A DNA stretch of 64,000 nucleotides from Candidatus Entotheonellaceae bacterium (GTDB lineage Bacteria > Tectomicrobia > Entotheonellia > Entotheonellales > Entotheonellaceae), in NCBI GenBank assembly GCA_965238075.1, contig OZ250173.1:800001-864000 (forward strand). Direction: 5' to 3'. The notes beneath the pieces were generated by a model, which did not search any database, was not told where the DNA came from, and saw nothing but the letters and a program-made list of their open reading frames with translations. Of the stretch, positions 20,984 to 30,661 are shown piece after piece. Both the position numbers and the translations under genes were made by a program. Every line of letters begins with the position of its first letter. Positions within the stretch are counted from its first letter, which is position 1.

Positions 20984-23277
20984 GGCGAGACTGCTTGCGG
21001 TTCAGCCACGTCCGCAGAAGCAGCAGCCTCTTCGGGCACTGTTTCGGTGGCGCACGCGGGGCAGCGCAGGGTGACCCCCTTCTTGGCGCGCTTTTCAAGG
21101 AGATACGGCGCGGCGCACTGCGCACAAGGCTGCGGCACCGGACGCTGCCAAGTGGTGAACGTGCACTTCGGGTAATTGTTGCAGCCGAAGAAAATGCGCC
21201 CGCGCCGCGAGCGCCGCTGCACGATGACGCCACCGCAGCCGTCTTCGGGACAATCCATGACCACCCCGTCGAGCGGGCGCGTCGTCTTGCAGTCGGGATA
21301 GCCGGTGCACGACAGAAACTCCCCGAACCGCCCGCGCCGCACGGCCATCGGCTTGCCGCATTTGTCGCAGAATGTTTCGGTCTGCGGTTGTTGGGTGGTC
21401 TGTGCGGCGCCGTTCGTGGCCGACGGCAGTTCGGCGGTGTTTTTGCACTTCGGATAGGCCGAGCAGGCCATGAAACGTCCGAACCGTCCCCGGCGGATCA
21501 CCATGCCGCTGCCGCATTTGTCGCACACTTCGTCCGTCTCTTCGACTTCCTTCTTGATGCCGCGCATTTTCTGCGTGGCGCGCTGCAAATCCACCTCGAA
21601 GGATTCGTAGAAGTCGTGCAAGGTGTCCACCCAGTCGTGTCGACCCGCCTCGATCTGATCGAGCTTGTCCTCCAACTGAGCGGTGAACTGCACGTTCAAT
21701 AGATCGGGGAAATTTTCGACCAATAGACCGGTGATGGTGATGCCGAGTTCGGTGGGCACGAGCTTGCGCTCCTGGTCCTCTACGTACTGCCGGTCGCGCA
21801 GCGTGCTGAGGATGGAAGCGTAGGTGCTGGGCCGTCCGATGCCGAGTTTTTCCAGCTCGCTGACCAGGGAAGCCTCGGTATAACGCGGCGGCGGCTGCGT
21901 GAAATGCTGATTGGGCACCAGCTCGCGGACCTCCACCTGTTGACCCTCCTGCAGCGGCGGCAGCGTCGGGTTTTGGCCGTCGTCCTCATTGGCGTTGGTA
22001 TCGGGCTGCGATTCCTCGTACAACACCGTAAAGCCCGCGAAGCGCATCACCGCGCCAGTGGCGCGAAACGCATACGGCGCCGCTTCCACGTCAACCCGCG
22101 TCTGGTCGATGACCGCCGCGCTCATCTGGCTGGCCAGCAGCCGGTTCCAGATCAGCCTATAGAGAGCAAACTGCTCGGGGGATAGGTGCGGCTTGAGGCT
22201 GTCCGGCGAGCGCAGCACCGACGTGGGCCGGATGGCCTCGTGCGCCTCCTGCGCCCCCTTCTGCTGGCGGTGCTTGCGGGGCTTCGTCGCCACGTAATCC
22301 TTGCCGTAATGCTCGGCGATGTAGGCTTGCGTTTCCTGTACAGCGTCATCAGCCAATCGTGTCGAATCGGTCCGCATGTAGGTGATCAGGCCGGTCTCGC
22401 CGGCGTCGCCGATGGGCAAACCCTCGTACAGCCGCTGCGCCACCCGCATGGCGCGCTTGGCGGTGAAACGCAGCTTGCGAACCGCCTCCTGCTGCAGGGT
22501 ACTGGTGGTAAACGGCGGGGCGGGCTGACGCAGCCGGGCGGTTTTGCGGACCTTGGCGACCGTGTATTTCGCGCCGCGCAGGTCGGCCACGATGCGCTCG
22601 GCCTCATCCCCGGTGGCGATGTTCGACTTCTTGCCCTCGATGGCGTGCAGGTAAGCCTTGAATGGCTTCTCCGGGTCCGCCGCCATAGTGGCGTTGATGC
22701 TCCAATACTCGCGCGGCACGAACGCCTTGATGGCCTGTTCACGGTCGCAGATGATGCGCAGCGCCACCGACTGCACCCGCCCGGCGCTCAAACCGCCTTG
22801 AACGTTCTGCCACAGCAACGGGCTGATTTTGTAGCCGACCAGCCGGTCGAGCAGACGGCGCGCCTGCTGCGCCGACACCTTGTGTTCGTCAATGCGTCCG
22901 GGATTTTGCAACGCCTCGGACACGCCCTTGCGGGTGATCTCGTTCAACAGCACACGGTACACCTGATCCGGGGGCGTCTGATTCAGTTCGCTGGCAATGT
23001 GCCAGGCAATCGCCTCGCCCTCGCGGTCCGGGTCCGGCGCCAGGAACACCTGCGTCGCCTTCTTGGCCTCCGAGCGCAGTTCCTGCAGCACCTTTTTCTT
23101 ACCCTGAATGGTGACGTACTCCGGTGTGAAATCGTGCGCCGTGTCGATGCCCAGGCGCCGCTTGGGCAGGTCCTTCACGTGCCCCACCGAGGCCTTCACC
23201 GTGTAGTCTGGACCCAGATATTTCTTGATCGTCCGCGCTTTCGCCGGAGATTCAACAATAATCAGGGATTTTGCCAT
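20980..23277 (-). CDS. topA: DNA topoisomerase I with C-terminal zinc ribbons
   Basis: VESPAK, DPDREGE, SAGRVQS, ITYMRTDS, GRPSTY, several CxxC ribbons. Confidence 0.98.
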   Translation of the reverse strand: MAKSLIIVESPAKARTIKKYLGPDYTVKASVGHVKDLPKRRLGIDTAHDFTPEYVTIQGKKKVLQELRSEAKKATQVFLAPDPDREGEAIAWHIASELNQTPPDQVYRVLLNEITRKGVSEALQNPGRIDEHKVSAQQARRLLDRLVGYKISPLLWQNVQGGLSAGRVQSVALRIICDREQAIKAFVPREYWSINATMAADPEKPFKAYLHAIEGKKSNIATGDEAERIVADLRGAKYTVAKVRKTARLRQPAPPFTTSTLQQEAVRKLRFTAKRAMRVAQRLYEGLPIGDAGETGLITYMRTDSTRLADDAVQETQAYIAEHYGKDYVATKPRKHRQQKGAQEAHEAIRPTSVLRSPDSLKPHLSPEQFALYRLIWNRLLASQMSAAVIDQTRVDVEAAPYAFRATGAVMRFAGFTVLYEESQPDTNANEDDGQNPTLPPLQEGQQVEVRELVPNQHFTQPPPRYTEASLVSELEKLGIGRPSTYASILSTLRDRQYVEDQERKLVPTELGITITGLLVENFPDLLNVQFTAQLEDKLDQIEAGRHDWVDTLHDFYESFEVDLQRATQKMRGIKKEVEETDEVCDKCGSGMVIRRGRFGRFMACSAYPKCKNTAELPSATNGAAQTTQQPQTETFCDKCGKPMAVRRGRFGEFLSCTGYPDCKTTRPLDGVVMDCPEDGCGGVIVQRRSRRGRIFFGCNNYPKCTFTTWQRPVPQPCAQCAAPYLLEKRAKKGVTLRCPACATETVPEEAAASADVAEPQAVSP

Positions 23278-23325
23278 GATCGATCATCACTCCCAGGTGC
23301 CGGGGGTTTTCTTAAGGTCCCAAGA

Positions 23326-24450
23326 TTAACTTCGTGCGAAAAATTTGCCGGGAAACTGCCGCACCATGCCTCGCAACTCAAGGGTAGCTAATATACTGGC
23401 GACAACGTGGGCTGGCAATTGGCTGGCGTGAATTACCGCCTCGATGTGGCTCTCCTCGCCGCTGAGCAGCGCCAGAATCTGCGATTCCTGCGGCGACAGA
23501 TCGGCCGGCGCTTCCTCGACGAGCGCCTGCGCGGCGGCGTGCTGCTGCAAAGCCGCGGTGCGCACCGCATCGGGCAACTCGTCCAGAATGTCGCCGACAC
23601 CGGTTATCAGCTTGGCACCTCCTTGGATCAAGCGGTGCGTGCCGCGGCTGCTCTCGACATCGATGCGGCCCGGCACCGCGAACACCTCGCGGCCTTGCTC
23701 GACGGCATGATGCGCGGTGTGCAGCGAGCCGCTACGGTCGGAGGCTTCTACCACCAGCACACCCAAGGACAGGCCGCTGATGATGCGGTTGCGGCGCGGA
23801 AAATTCCAGCGGTCGGGCTTGGTGTCGAAGGCAAACTCCGACACCACGGCGCCCTGGTCACGAACGGCGTCATACAAACGGCGGTGCTCGGCGGGGTAGA
23901 TGCGATTGACGCCGCAGCCGAGCACGGCAATGGTCCTGCCGCCGGCCTGCAGCGCGCCTTGGTGCGCTAGGCTATCAATCCCACGCGCCAGACCGCTGAC
24001 AACCGTGAAGCCATGCTCCGCCAGTTCGGTGCCGAAACGCTTGGCCATCAACTGGCCGTAGTGGCTCGGCCGACGCGACCCGACCACCGCCATGGCCAGT
24101 TGGTCCTCGGGCAGCAACTCGCCGCGCACGTACAGAACCGGCGGCGGGTCCGGCAGCCAGCGCAGCAGGTCGGGGTACGCCGCGTCGGCAAAGGTGACGA
24201 GCTGCGCCCAGTTTGCCTCCAAGCGTTCACATTCCTGCGCGAACGCCGCGCCTTGCCGCACCGCCGCCAGTTTGTCGCCGAGGCCGGGAACGACCCGCTC
24301 CAATTCCGGCACGCCGTGATGCTGCAATCGCGACAGGTCGTCCGGCGTCGCCGTATGCCGGGCGATGTGCCCGCGCACGGCGGGCCAGTTGTCGCATACC
24401 ATGTTGAGCGCTAACCAGGATGCAACGTCGGAGGAAATCGTGGAGGTCAT
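23326..24450 (-). CDS. dprA: DNA processing protein DprA
   Basis: VVGSR, SGLARGID, FPRRNRIISG, SGSLHTA, VFAVPG. Confidence 0.95.
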   Translation of the reverse strand: MTSTISSDVASWLALNMVCDNWPAVRGHIARHTATPDDLSRLQHHGVPELERVVPGLGDKLAAVRQGAAFAQECERLEANWAQLVTFADAAYPDLLRWLPDPPPVLYVRGELLPEDQLAMAVVGSRRPSHYGQLMAKRFGTELAEHGFTVVSGLARGIDSLAHQGALQAGGRTIAVLGCGVNRIYPAEHRRLYDAVRDQGAVVSEFAFDTKPDRWNFPRRNRIISGLSLGVLVVEASDRSGSLHTAHHAVEQGREVFAVPGRIDVESSRGTHRLIQGGAKLITGVGDILDELPDAVRTAALQQHAAAQALVEEAPADLSPQESQILALLSGEESHIEAVIHASQLPAHVVASILATLELRGMVRQFPGKFFARS

Positions 24451-24478
24451 GGCGGCGTTTACAACCCGCTGGGGTTTA

Positions 24479-24547
24479 CGTTATAGTCACGACTTTCGCG
24501 CCCAAACTGCTTTGCAGAAACCCTGTCCAGGGTGTTTCACTATAACG
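24479..24547. promoter_or_regulatory. Symmetric divergent promoter region between dprA and ppiD
   Basis: Perfect 9-bp inverted repeat CGTTATAGT/ACTATAACG, each with an outward TATAAC; internal palindrome ACCCTG-TC-CAGGGT. Confidence 0.4.
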
Positions 24548-24617
24548 AGAAACGGAATCGGCAACAACGGCTTCATTCCAGGGCCGTGAGGCTCGGCCGG
24601 TATTCAAGGGGACCCCG

Positions 24618-26552
24618 ATGTTAAAACAGATGCGCGAGGCCCAGGCATGGATGATCAAAGGCGTGCTGTGGGCTGTCGTCCTTGCCTTTGTGGTAACAAT
24701 TTTCTATTCCTGGGGCGTGCAGTCCAGTTCCGGCCCGGCGCGCACGGAAGTGGCCACGCTGTGGGGCCAGGGGATCGAGGCAGCTGAATTCCAGCGCACC
24801 CAAAACGCCTTGTATCGACAATACCGGCAGGTTTTCGGCAACCAGCCCGACGTGGACCTGCGCGAGCACTTCAATTTTCGCCAGATGGCCCTCGAGCAGA
24901 TCGTCAGCCGCGCCCTGCTCCTGCGCCTAGCCGAAGAAAACGGCCTGGGGGTCACCGACGCCGAGCTCTATGCCCACCTCGCCCGCCAACCCAATTTTCA
25001 AAACCCACAAGGGCAGTTCGATTCCGACCGCTACCGCGTCGCCCTGGCGAGCGTGGTACCTCCGGTATCCATGCAACAATTCGAGGATGAACAGCGCCGC
25101 AGCCTGATGCAGTCCAAGGTCTTCGCCCTGGTGCAACAGGGTGCCCAAATCACCGACGCTGAAGCCGAACAGGCCTACCGCCACGAGCATCAGCAGGCCA
25201 ATGTGCGCTACGTCACCCTCGTCCCGAGCCTGTTCGAGGCCGAAGCCACCGTCAGTGATGAAGAGGTGAAGACTCATTACGAAACCTACAGGGAATCCTA
25301 CCGCGAGCCGGAGCGGCGCCAGATTCGCTACCTCACCGTGACCCCGGAGCCCTTTCGGGTGACGAGAGAATTCTCCGAGGATGAGCTCCAGGCGTATTAC
25401 GACAGCCAGCCGGAAGCCTTGGTCCGGCGCGCCGAGGCGCGTGCCCGGCATATTCTGTTCAGGCTGCCCGAGAATGCCTCTGCACAACGGGAGGAACGGG
25501 TACGCGGTCTCGTTCAAGGCGTGCTCGACGACCTACGAGGCGGTGCCGACTTTGCAGCCGCGGCGGCCGAACATTCGGAGGACGAAGGCACCGCCGAGGC
25601 GGGCGGCGATCTGGGCTTCTTCCCGCGTGGTCGAATGATGCGGCCGCTCGAAGAGGCTACTTTTTCGCTGCCCATCGGGGAACTCAGCGATCCGGTGCGC
25701 ACCGAGTTGGGCTTCCACATCCTGCGCGTCGAGGAACGGATGGAAGCCGGCATCAAGCCACTCGAGGAGGCGCGACAGGAAGTGATCGACGCCCTCCAGG
25801 ACGAGAAGACCCGCGAAGCCGCTTTGGTCTTCGTGGACGATCTCGTGGTCGCGATGGATGAGGCGCCGGAGCGGTTCGCGGAATTGGCGGACCAGCACGG
25901 TCTGGAAGTGGAGACCACGCCCTTCGTGGAAGCCGCCGGGTTCATTGAGGAACTGGCCGGGGCGCCGCAGCTCATCGGTCGGGCCTTCTCGCTTCGTGCT
26001 CAGACCGTCGATGCGGTGGTCGGCAGGAACGGTAACCACTACATATTTCAGCTCGCCGAAACCCAGCCGGACAAGGTGCCGCCGCTGGAGGACATCGTGG
26101 AGCGCGTCACCCGGGACGCGCGCGACGGCAAGGGTGCCGACCTGGCTTCGGAAACGGGTGCCGAATGGGTAACGCAGTTGCGCGACGGCGCATCGCTGGC
26201 GGAGTTGGCTGGTGCCCCGGAGTTGCAAGTGACCGAGACCGGCTGGTTCAGGCGCAACGAGCCGGTTCCCGACCTCGGCAACGTGAGCGAGTTCCGCCGC
26301 GCGGCGTTTCAGCTGCAACCCAACGAAGGCGAGGCGGTCGGCGAGGGCGACCGCACCTACGTGGTTCAGGTCATCGAGTACCGCGATGCCGATATGAGCA
26401 CCTTCAAGGCAGACCTGCCGGACTACCGCCGGCAACTGCTTGCTCAGAAGCAAAACCAACTGGTCCAGGCGTTTCAGGAGTCCCTCGCCACGCAGTATCA
26501 GCAATTGCTGCGCGACGGCGACTTGGTGGTTAACTCACAATATGTTTTCTAG
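24618..26552 (+). CDS. ppiD: PpiD/SurA-family membrane-anchored chaperone/PPIase
   Basis: N-terminal TM, SurA_N-like region, parvulin motifs ARHILF, GGDLGFF, GFHIL. Confidence 0.85.
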   Translation: MLKQMREAQAWMIKGVLWAVVLAFVVTIFYSWGVQSSSGPARTEVATLWGQGIEAAEFQRTQNALYRQYRQVFGNQPDVDLREHFNFRQMALEQIVSRALLLRLAEENGLGVTDAELYAHLARQPNFQNPQGQFDSDRYRVALASVVPPVSMQQFEDEQRRSLMQSKVFALVQQGAQITDAEAEQAYRHEHQQANVRYVTLVPSLFEAEATVSDEEVKTHYETYRESYREPERRQIRYLTVTPEPFRVTREFSEDELQAYYDSQPEALVRRAEARARHILFRLPENASAQREERVRGLVQGVLDDLRGGADFAAAAAEHSEDEGTAEAGGDLGFFPRGRMMRPLEEATFSLPIGELSDPVRTELGFHILRVEERMEAGIKPLEEARQEVIDALQDEKTREAALVFVDDLVVAMDEAPERFAELADQHGLEVETTPFVEAAGFIEELAGAPQLIGRAFSLRAQTVDAVVGRNGNHYIFQLAETQPDKVPPLEDIVERVTRDARDGKGADLASETGAEWVTQLRDGASLAELAGAPELQVTETGWFRRNEPVPDLGNVSEFRRAAFQLQPNEGEAVGEGDRTYVVQVIEYRDADMSTFKADLPDYRRQLLAQKQNQLVQAFQESLATQYQQLLRDGDLVVNSQYVF

Positions 26553-26667
26553 TCCGTGCCGCTGGCCGTCCCGGTCGATACAGACTCAAGGCCATCGGTC
26601 AAACGCGCACGTTTCGTGGCTTGCCGGAAGTGCACGGCGTGCCAATCGTGTTCAGGAAGGAGTCGAT

Positions 26668-26949
26668 ATGCCTGTTGTAGTACGCATCCCCACCCCATTG
26701 CAGAAGTTCACGCAGAATCAGAGCGCGGTTGAAGTCGGCGGCACCACCATTGATGGCGTGGTAGGCGAGCTTGACGCGCGGTTTCCCGGCATTCGCGAGC
26801 GCCTGTGCGACGATAGCGGCGCCATCCGCAAATTCATCAACCTCTATCTGAACGACGAGGACATTCGTTTCATGGACGGCGAGAAAACGGCTGTGCAAGA
26901 CGGCGATGAGCTAGCCATCATCCCCGCGATCGCCGGCGGCCGCCGGTAG
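26668..26949 (+). CDS. MoaD/ThiS/CysO-family ubiquitin-like sulfur carrier
   Basis: VRIPTPL, NLYLNDEDIRF, IIPAIAGG then RR; RBS AAGGAG. Confidence 0.9.
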   Translation: MPVVVRIPTPLQKFTQNQSAVEVGGTTIDGVVGELDARFPGIRERLCDDSGAIRKFINLYLNDEDIRFMDGEKTAVQDGDELAIIPAIAGGRR

Positions 26950-26970
26950 GACGGGGGCCGCAAACCGCCC

Positions 26971-28461
26971 ATGGCCTTCACCGACAGCCCAGACCAACTC
27001 CTCGACGCTTGCAAGACTTACCACCGCACCGTCGCCTTGGCCCACCTCGACACCCCGCCCGGTGAGACGCGGGATGGCAGACTGGCCGAGGCGATGGCGC
27101 AAACGGAATCCGCCTGCACGATCTCCGCCCTCCAGGCTTTTGCCAACCTCGGCGCCAACGCCCCGGCGGCGCAGCGGCCCGCCATGCAGCGCCTCAACGC
27201 CTGGGGACTCGGTATGCACGTGCAACAGAGGCTGCGGCCGGCTTGGCACGCCGCTCAGTCCCGACTGCAAGGCGCCACCTGTTACGTAGATGACGAAGCC
27301 ATCCCGCTGCGCCACGCCTTTGCCCACATGGCCGCCGAACGCCGGCGCGACCAGCGGGCGGCCATCGAATCGGCCGTCGTGGCGCAGCTTGGCACGGTCA
27401 ATGAACCCTTTGAGGCATGCTTCGAAGCGCACCGGCGGGTCGCCGCCGACCTCGACTTTGATTCCCCGGACGGCCTGTGGCGCCGCATCGCGGATATTGA
27501 CGCCGTCGCGCAGCAGGATGCGGCAATCGAGGTCCTGGAAGAAACCCGCGAGGTGTACGCCGATCTGCTGGCCTGGGGAGTCAAGCAGCGCCTGCGCCTG
27601 CCGCTCAGCCAGTTGCGGCGGCACGACGTTCTGGCCCTGTTCACCTTCGCCGAATACCAGCAGTATTACCAGCCAGGCGCGCTGGTGCCCGCCATGCAAG
27701 CCTGCTGCCGGCACCTGGGCCTCGACCCGACCGCCGATGGCCGCCTGACCTGGCGCGAACGCCCCAGCCACTTCGGCCCGCCGGAAGCCCTCGCGCCCCG
27801 CGTTCCCGACGAGGTCTTCCTCGCTTACCCGCCCATCAGCGGCCTCAAGGGCGCCGAACTGTGGGCCGGCGCCTTGGGCCGCGCGTTGTTGTGGGCCCAC
27901 GCCGACCCGGACCTGCCGCTGGTCCACCGCCTCCTCGCGGACCCGGCCATCGCGGAAGGCAACGCCTGTCTGCTGGCCGAATTGGTTGCCCACCCTGACT
28001 GGCTGCGGCACTACCTGTCCGTGCACGTTGACGAAAATTACCGCCTGTGGCGCCGACTCGACCGCCTGTACCGCCTGCGCCGGCAGTTGGGCCGTTTCCT
28101 GTTCACCCGCCACCTGTATACCGCCGATTCCTTGGCCGGCGCCGCCGACACCTACCGCGATCTGATGATGGAAGCCTGCTGCGTCGATTACGCGCCGGAA
28201 TACTACCTGCTCGATGTCGATTGGCACTACGAGTCGATCGCTGCCCTGTGGAGCCAGAGCCTGGCCTGCGTTCTCATGGAGACCCTGCACCAGCAATTCG
28301 CCACCGATTGGTTCCGCAACCCCGACAGCGGCGCTTGGCTGCGCCACTTCTGGTTCGGCGCCCTGGGGGGGTCGGTGAGCGACCTGTTGCAGCGGCACCT
28401 CGACGCCTCTGAATGGACAGCGGCTCTGTTTGCCGAGATGCTTTCGGAAGAGAGATTGTGA
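26971..28461 (+). CDS. Hypothetical protein, M3-oligopeptidase-like but lacking HEXXH
   Basis: 496-aa ORF with host-like codon use; RVPDEV..ADPDLP..EG..WL and DWFRNP..G..L resemble M3-like proteins; GALGR at the expected HEXGH position. Confidence 0.55.
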   Translation: MAFTDSPDQLLDACKTYHRTVALAHLDTPPGETRDGRLAEAMAQTESACTISALQAFANLGANAPAAQRPAMQRLNAWGLGMHVQQRLRPAWHAAQSRLQGATCYVDDEAIPLRHAFAHMAAERRRDQRAAIESAVVAQLGTVNEPFEACFEAHRRVAADLDFDSPDGLWRRIADIDAVAQQDAAIEVLEETREVYADLLAWGVKQRLRLPLSQLRRHDVLALFTFAEYQQYYQPGALVPAMQACCRHLGLDPTADGRLTWRERPSHFGPPEALAPRVPDEVFLAYPPISGLKGAELWAGALGRALLWAHADPDLPLVHRLLADPAIAEGNACLLAELVAHPDWLRHYLSVHVDENYRLWRRLDRLYRLRRQLGRFLFTRHLYTADSLAGAADTYRDLMMEACCVDYAPEYYLLDVDWHYESIAALWSQSLACVLMETLHQQFATDWFRNPDSGAWLRHFWFGALGGSVSDLLQRHLDASEWTAALFAEMLSEERL

Positions 28462-28549
28462 GGAGAAAGCGTCGCCATTGCCATACGCGGTGTCTCGGGG
28501 ACGGCGGGTCCAGACGTGATGCAGGGCGCGGCAATAGGGAGATCAGCCA

Positions 28550-28876
28550 TTGAGCGAGTACCAGCACTGCGAATTCCAGGCCATCGAAGCCGAACGTCGG
28601 GAGGCCGAGCGACAGCGGCAGGCACGAGAGGCCGAGGCAGCACGACGGCTACGCCTCGATGCCGTCAGGCGTCGGGAAACCGAGGTCTGGAACGAGGTCG
28701 AAAAGGCGGTCTCAAAACGTAACCCCGACGGCTGTGAACAGGCTACGAGTCTGCTCCTCGACCTGCAGGCGCTGGCTGGTGAAGACGGCGAAACAGAAAC
28801 CTTCAGGAATCGCCTTCGCTCGCTTCGTGAGCGGCACGCGCGCAAGCCTCGATTCATCGAACGGCTGGCGCACTAG
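28550..28876 (+). pseudogene. Probable internally deleted conserved hypothetical gene
   Basis: N-terminus MSEYQHCEFQAI joined directly to a C-terminal-like part ending RHARKPRFIERL; recalled family members are much longer. Confidence 0.5.
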
Positions 28877-28938
28877 GACGGGCCATGATAAATCGGTATG
28901 AGCAGGCACTGCTTCGCCAAACCTGAGGCCAGCCTCGT

Positions 28939-29733
28939 ATGAAGCCAATTCCCACCAACGCCCGCCGTCTTGCTTCCGTCCTAATCCTCGCCGTCGCCGG
29001 CGTGTCGCTGGGCTGCGGGACGATCGCCGAACAGCGGGCGCAGGCCGACAACTACTACCAATTGGCGCAGACGTATCTCGGCGCCGAATTCTACGATGCC
29101 GCCGAACAGGCGGTCCGCCAGGCACTGAGCCTGCGGCCGCGCGAGCCGAGCTACTTCGAGCTTCTGGCCCTGACATACCAAATTCGCAACCGCTTCGACC
29201 TCGCCGAAGACGCCTACCGGCAAGCGCTGCAGCAGCGCGACCCGTCGCCCTCCGTTCTGGTGAATTACAGCACCCTGCTGTTGCTGCGCAACCGTCCCGA
29301 CGAGGCCCTGGATTTGGCGCAACGCGCCCTGCAGGACCCCGGCTACGACCGGCCCGCCTTGGCGCACGTGAACATGGGACTGGCTCATTCACAGCAGGGA
29401 CAGTTCGATTTGGCAGTGGTGCAGTTTCGCCGCGCCCTGAGCTACCGCAGTCTGCCCGAGGCGTACCACAACCTGGGCTTGGCATACGATCACATGGGGC
29501 GTCCTGACGCCGCCATCCAGGCCTTTCGTGATGCTGTTCGCCTGCGACCTACTTACGCGGCAGCCTACGCGGGACTCGGCGATGCGCTGCTAGCTGCTGG
29601 ACAGGTGGACGACGCGCGTCAGGCGCTTGAACGGGTCATCGCCCTGCAACCTGGCAGTCCCCTCGCCGCTGCGTCCCGCGAAAAACTCGACCGCCTCGCA
29701 CCCACAGCGAGCCCCAGCGAGCGCAACCAATGA
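28939..29733 (+). CDS. TPR lipoprotein, PilF/PilW (pilotin)-like
   Basis: Lipobox SLGC, tandem TPRs, ALQDPGYDRP..AHVNMG motif; pilC nearby. Confidence 0.7.
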   Translation: MKPIPTNARRLASVLILAVAGVSLGCGTIAEQRAQADNYYQLAQTYLGAEFYDAAEQAVRQALSLRPREPSYFELLALTYQIRNRFDLAEDAYRQALQQRDPSPSVLVNYSTLLLLRNRPDEALDLAQRALQDPGYDRPALAHVNMGLAHSQQGQFDLAVVQFRRALSYRSLPEAYHNLGLAYDHMGRPDAAIQAFRDAVRLRPTYAAAYAGLGDALLAAGQVDDARQALERVIALQPGSPLAAASREKLDRLAPTASPSERNQ

Positions 29734-29771
29734 AGCATCGCGAGCGGCAGCGAACGGTGCAGGAGGACAGT

Positions 29772-30644
29772 ATGCCAGCCGAATCCACCTCCCCCACCAG
29801 CGTCTCCGGGTCCACCCGGCTGTACGGCATCATGGGCTATCCAATCGGGCATTCCCTGTCGCCGTTGATGCACACCCTGGCGTTCCGGCATCACGGGCTG
29901 GACGCCGTCTACGTGCCTTTCTCCGTGGCGCCAGACGACCTCCCCAGAGCCGTCGCCGGGGCGGTGGCGCTGGGGGTGGCGGGTTTTAACGTGACCATCC
30001 CCCACAAGGAAACCATCATGGCGTGTCTGGACGAGGTGACGGCTGAGGCGAGGGCAATCGGCGCCGTTAATACGGTGCACGTGCACGACGGCCGCACCGC
30101 CGGCCACAACACCGATGGCGCCGGGTTTCTGCAGCCGTTGCAAAATCTGGGAACGCCTTTGAGCCAACTCCCAGTGCTCGTCCTGGGTGCCGGCGGCGCG
30201 GCGCGTGCCTTGGCAGCCGCGCTGCTGAACGCCGGCTGCCCGCGACTGATCATCGCCAATCGCACCCACGCCCGCAGCGAGCGTCTGGCCGCGGACTTGC
30301 AGAAACGGTTTACGGACGCCGAGGTACACGCCGTGCCGGTGTCAGACGCCGCCGACGACGCCCAGCAGAGCCGCCTGCTCGTCAACGCCACCTCGCTCGG
30401 GATGCACGAAGGTGACGAACCCCTGCTGCCCAGCCGCTGCTTCGGGCCCGAGCAGATCGTCTACGACATTGTCTACCGCCCCCTGAACACGCCGTTCCTG
30501 CAGGACGCCCGAGCCGCCGGCTGCACCACGATTGGCGGCCTCGACATGCTGCTGGGCCAGGGCGCCGCGGCGTTCACGATCTGGACCGGCCTCGCCTTCC
30601 CTTTGGAGGCGGTGGGCCCGGCGCTTGAAGCCCATCTCGATTAA
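29772..30644 (+). CDS. aroE: Shikimate dehydrogenase
   Basis: HSLSP, NVTIPHK, GAVNT, NTDG, GAGGAA, NATSLGM; RBS AGGAGG. Confidence 0.95.
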   Translation: MPAESTSPTSVSGSTRLYGIMGYPIGHSLSPLMHTLAFRHHGLDAVYVPFSVAPDDLPRAVAGAVALGVAGFNVTIPHKETIMACLDEVTAEARAIGAVNTVHVHDGRTAGHNTDGAGFLQPLQNLGTPLSQLPVLVLGAGGAARALAAALLNAGCPRLIIANRTHARSERLAADLQKRFTDAEVHAVPVSDAADDAQQSRLLVNATSLGMHEGDEPLLPSRCFGPEQIVYDIVYRPLNTPFLQDARAAGCTTIGGLDMLLGQGAAAFTIWTGLAFPLEAVGPALEAHLD

Positions 30645-30661
30645 AGGTCGATCGACAGCCC

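Noticed and set aside
26553..26667. SAM or Moco riboswitch upstream of the MoaD-like gene
   Set aside because: No recognisable consensus; only short palindromes.
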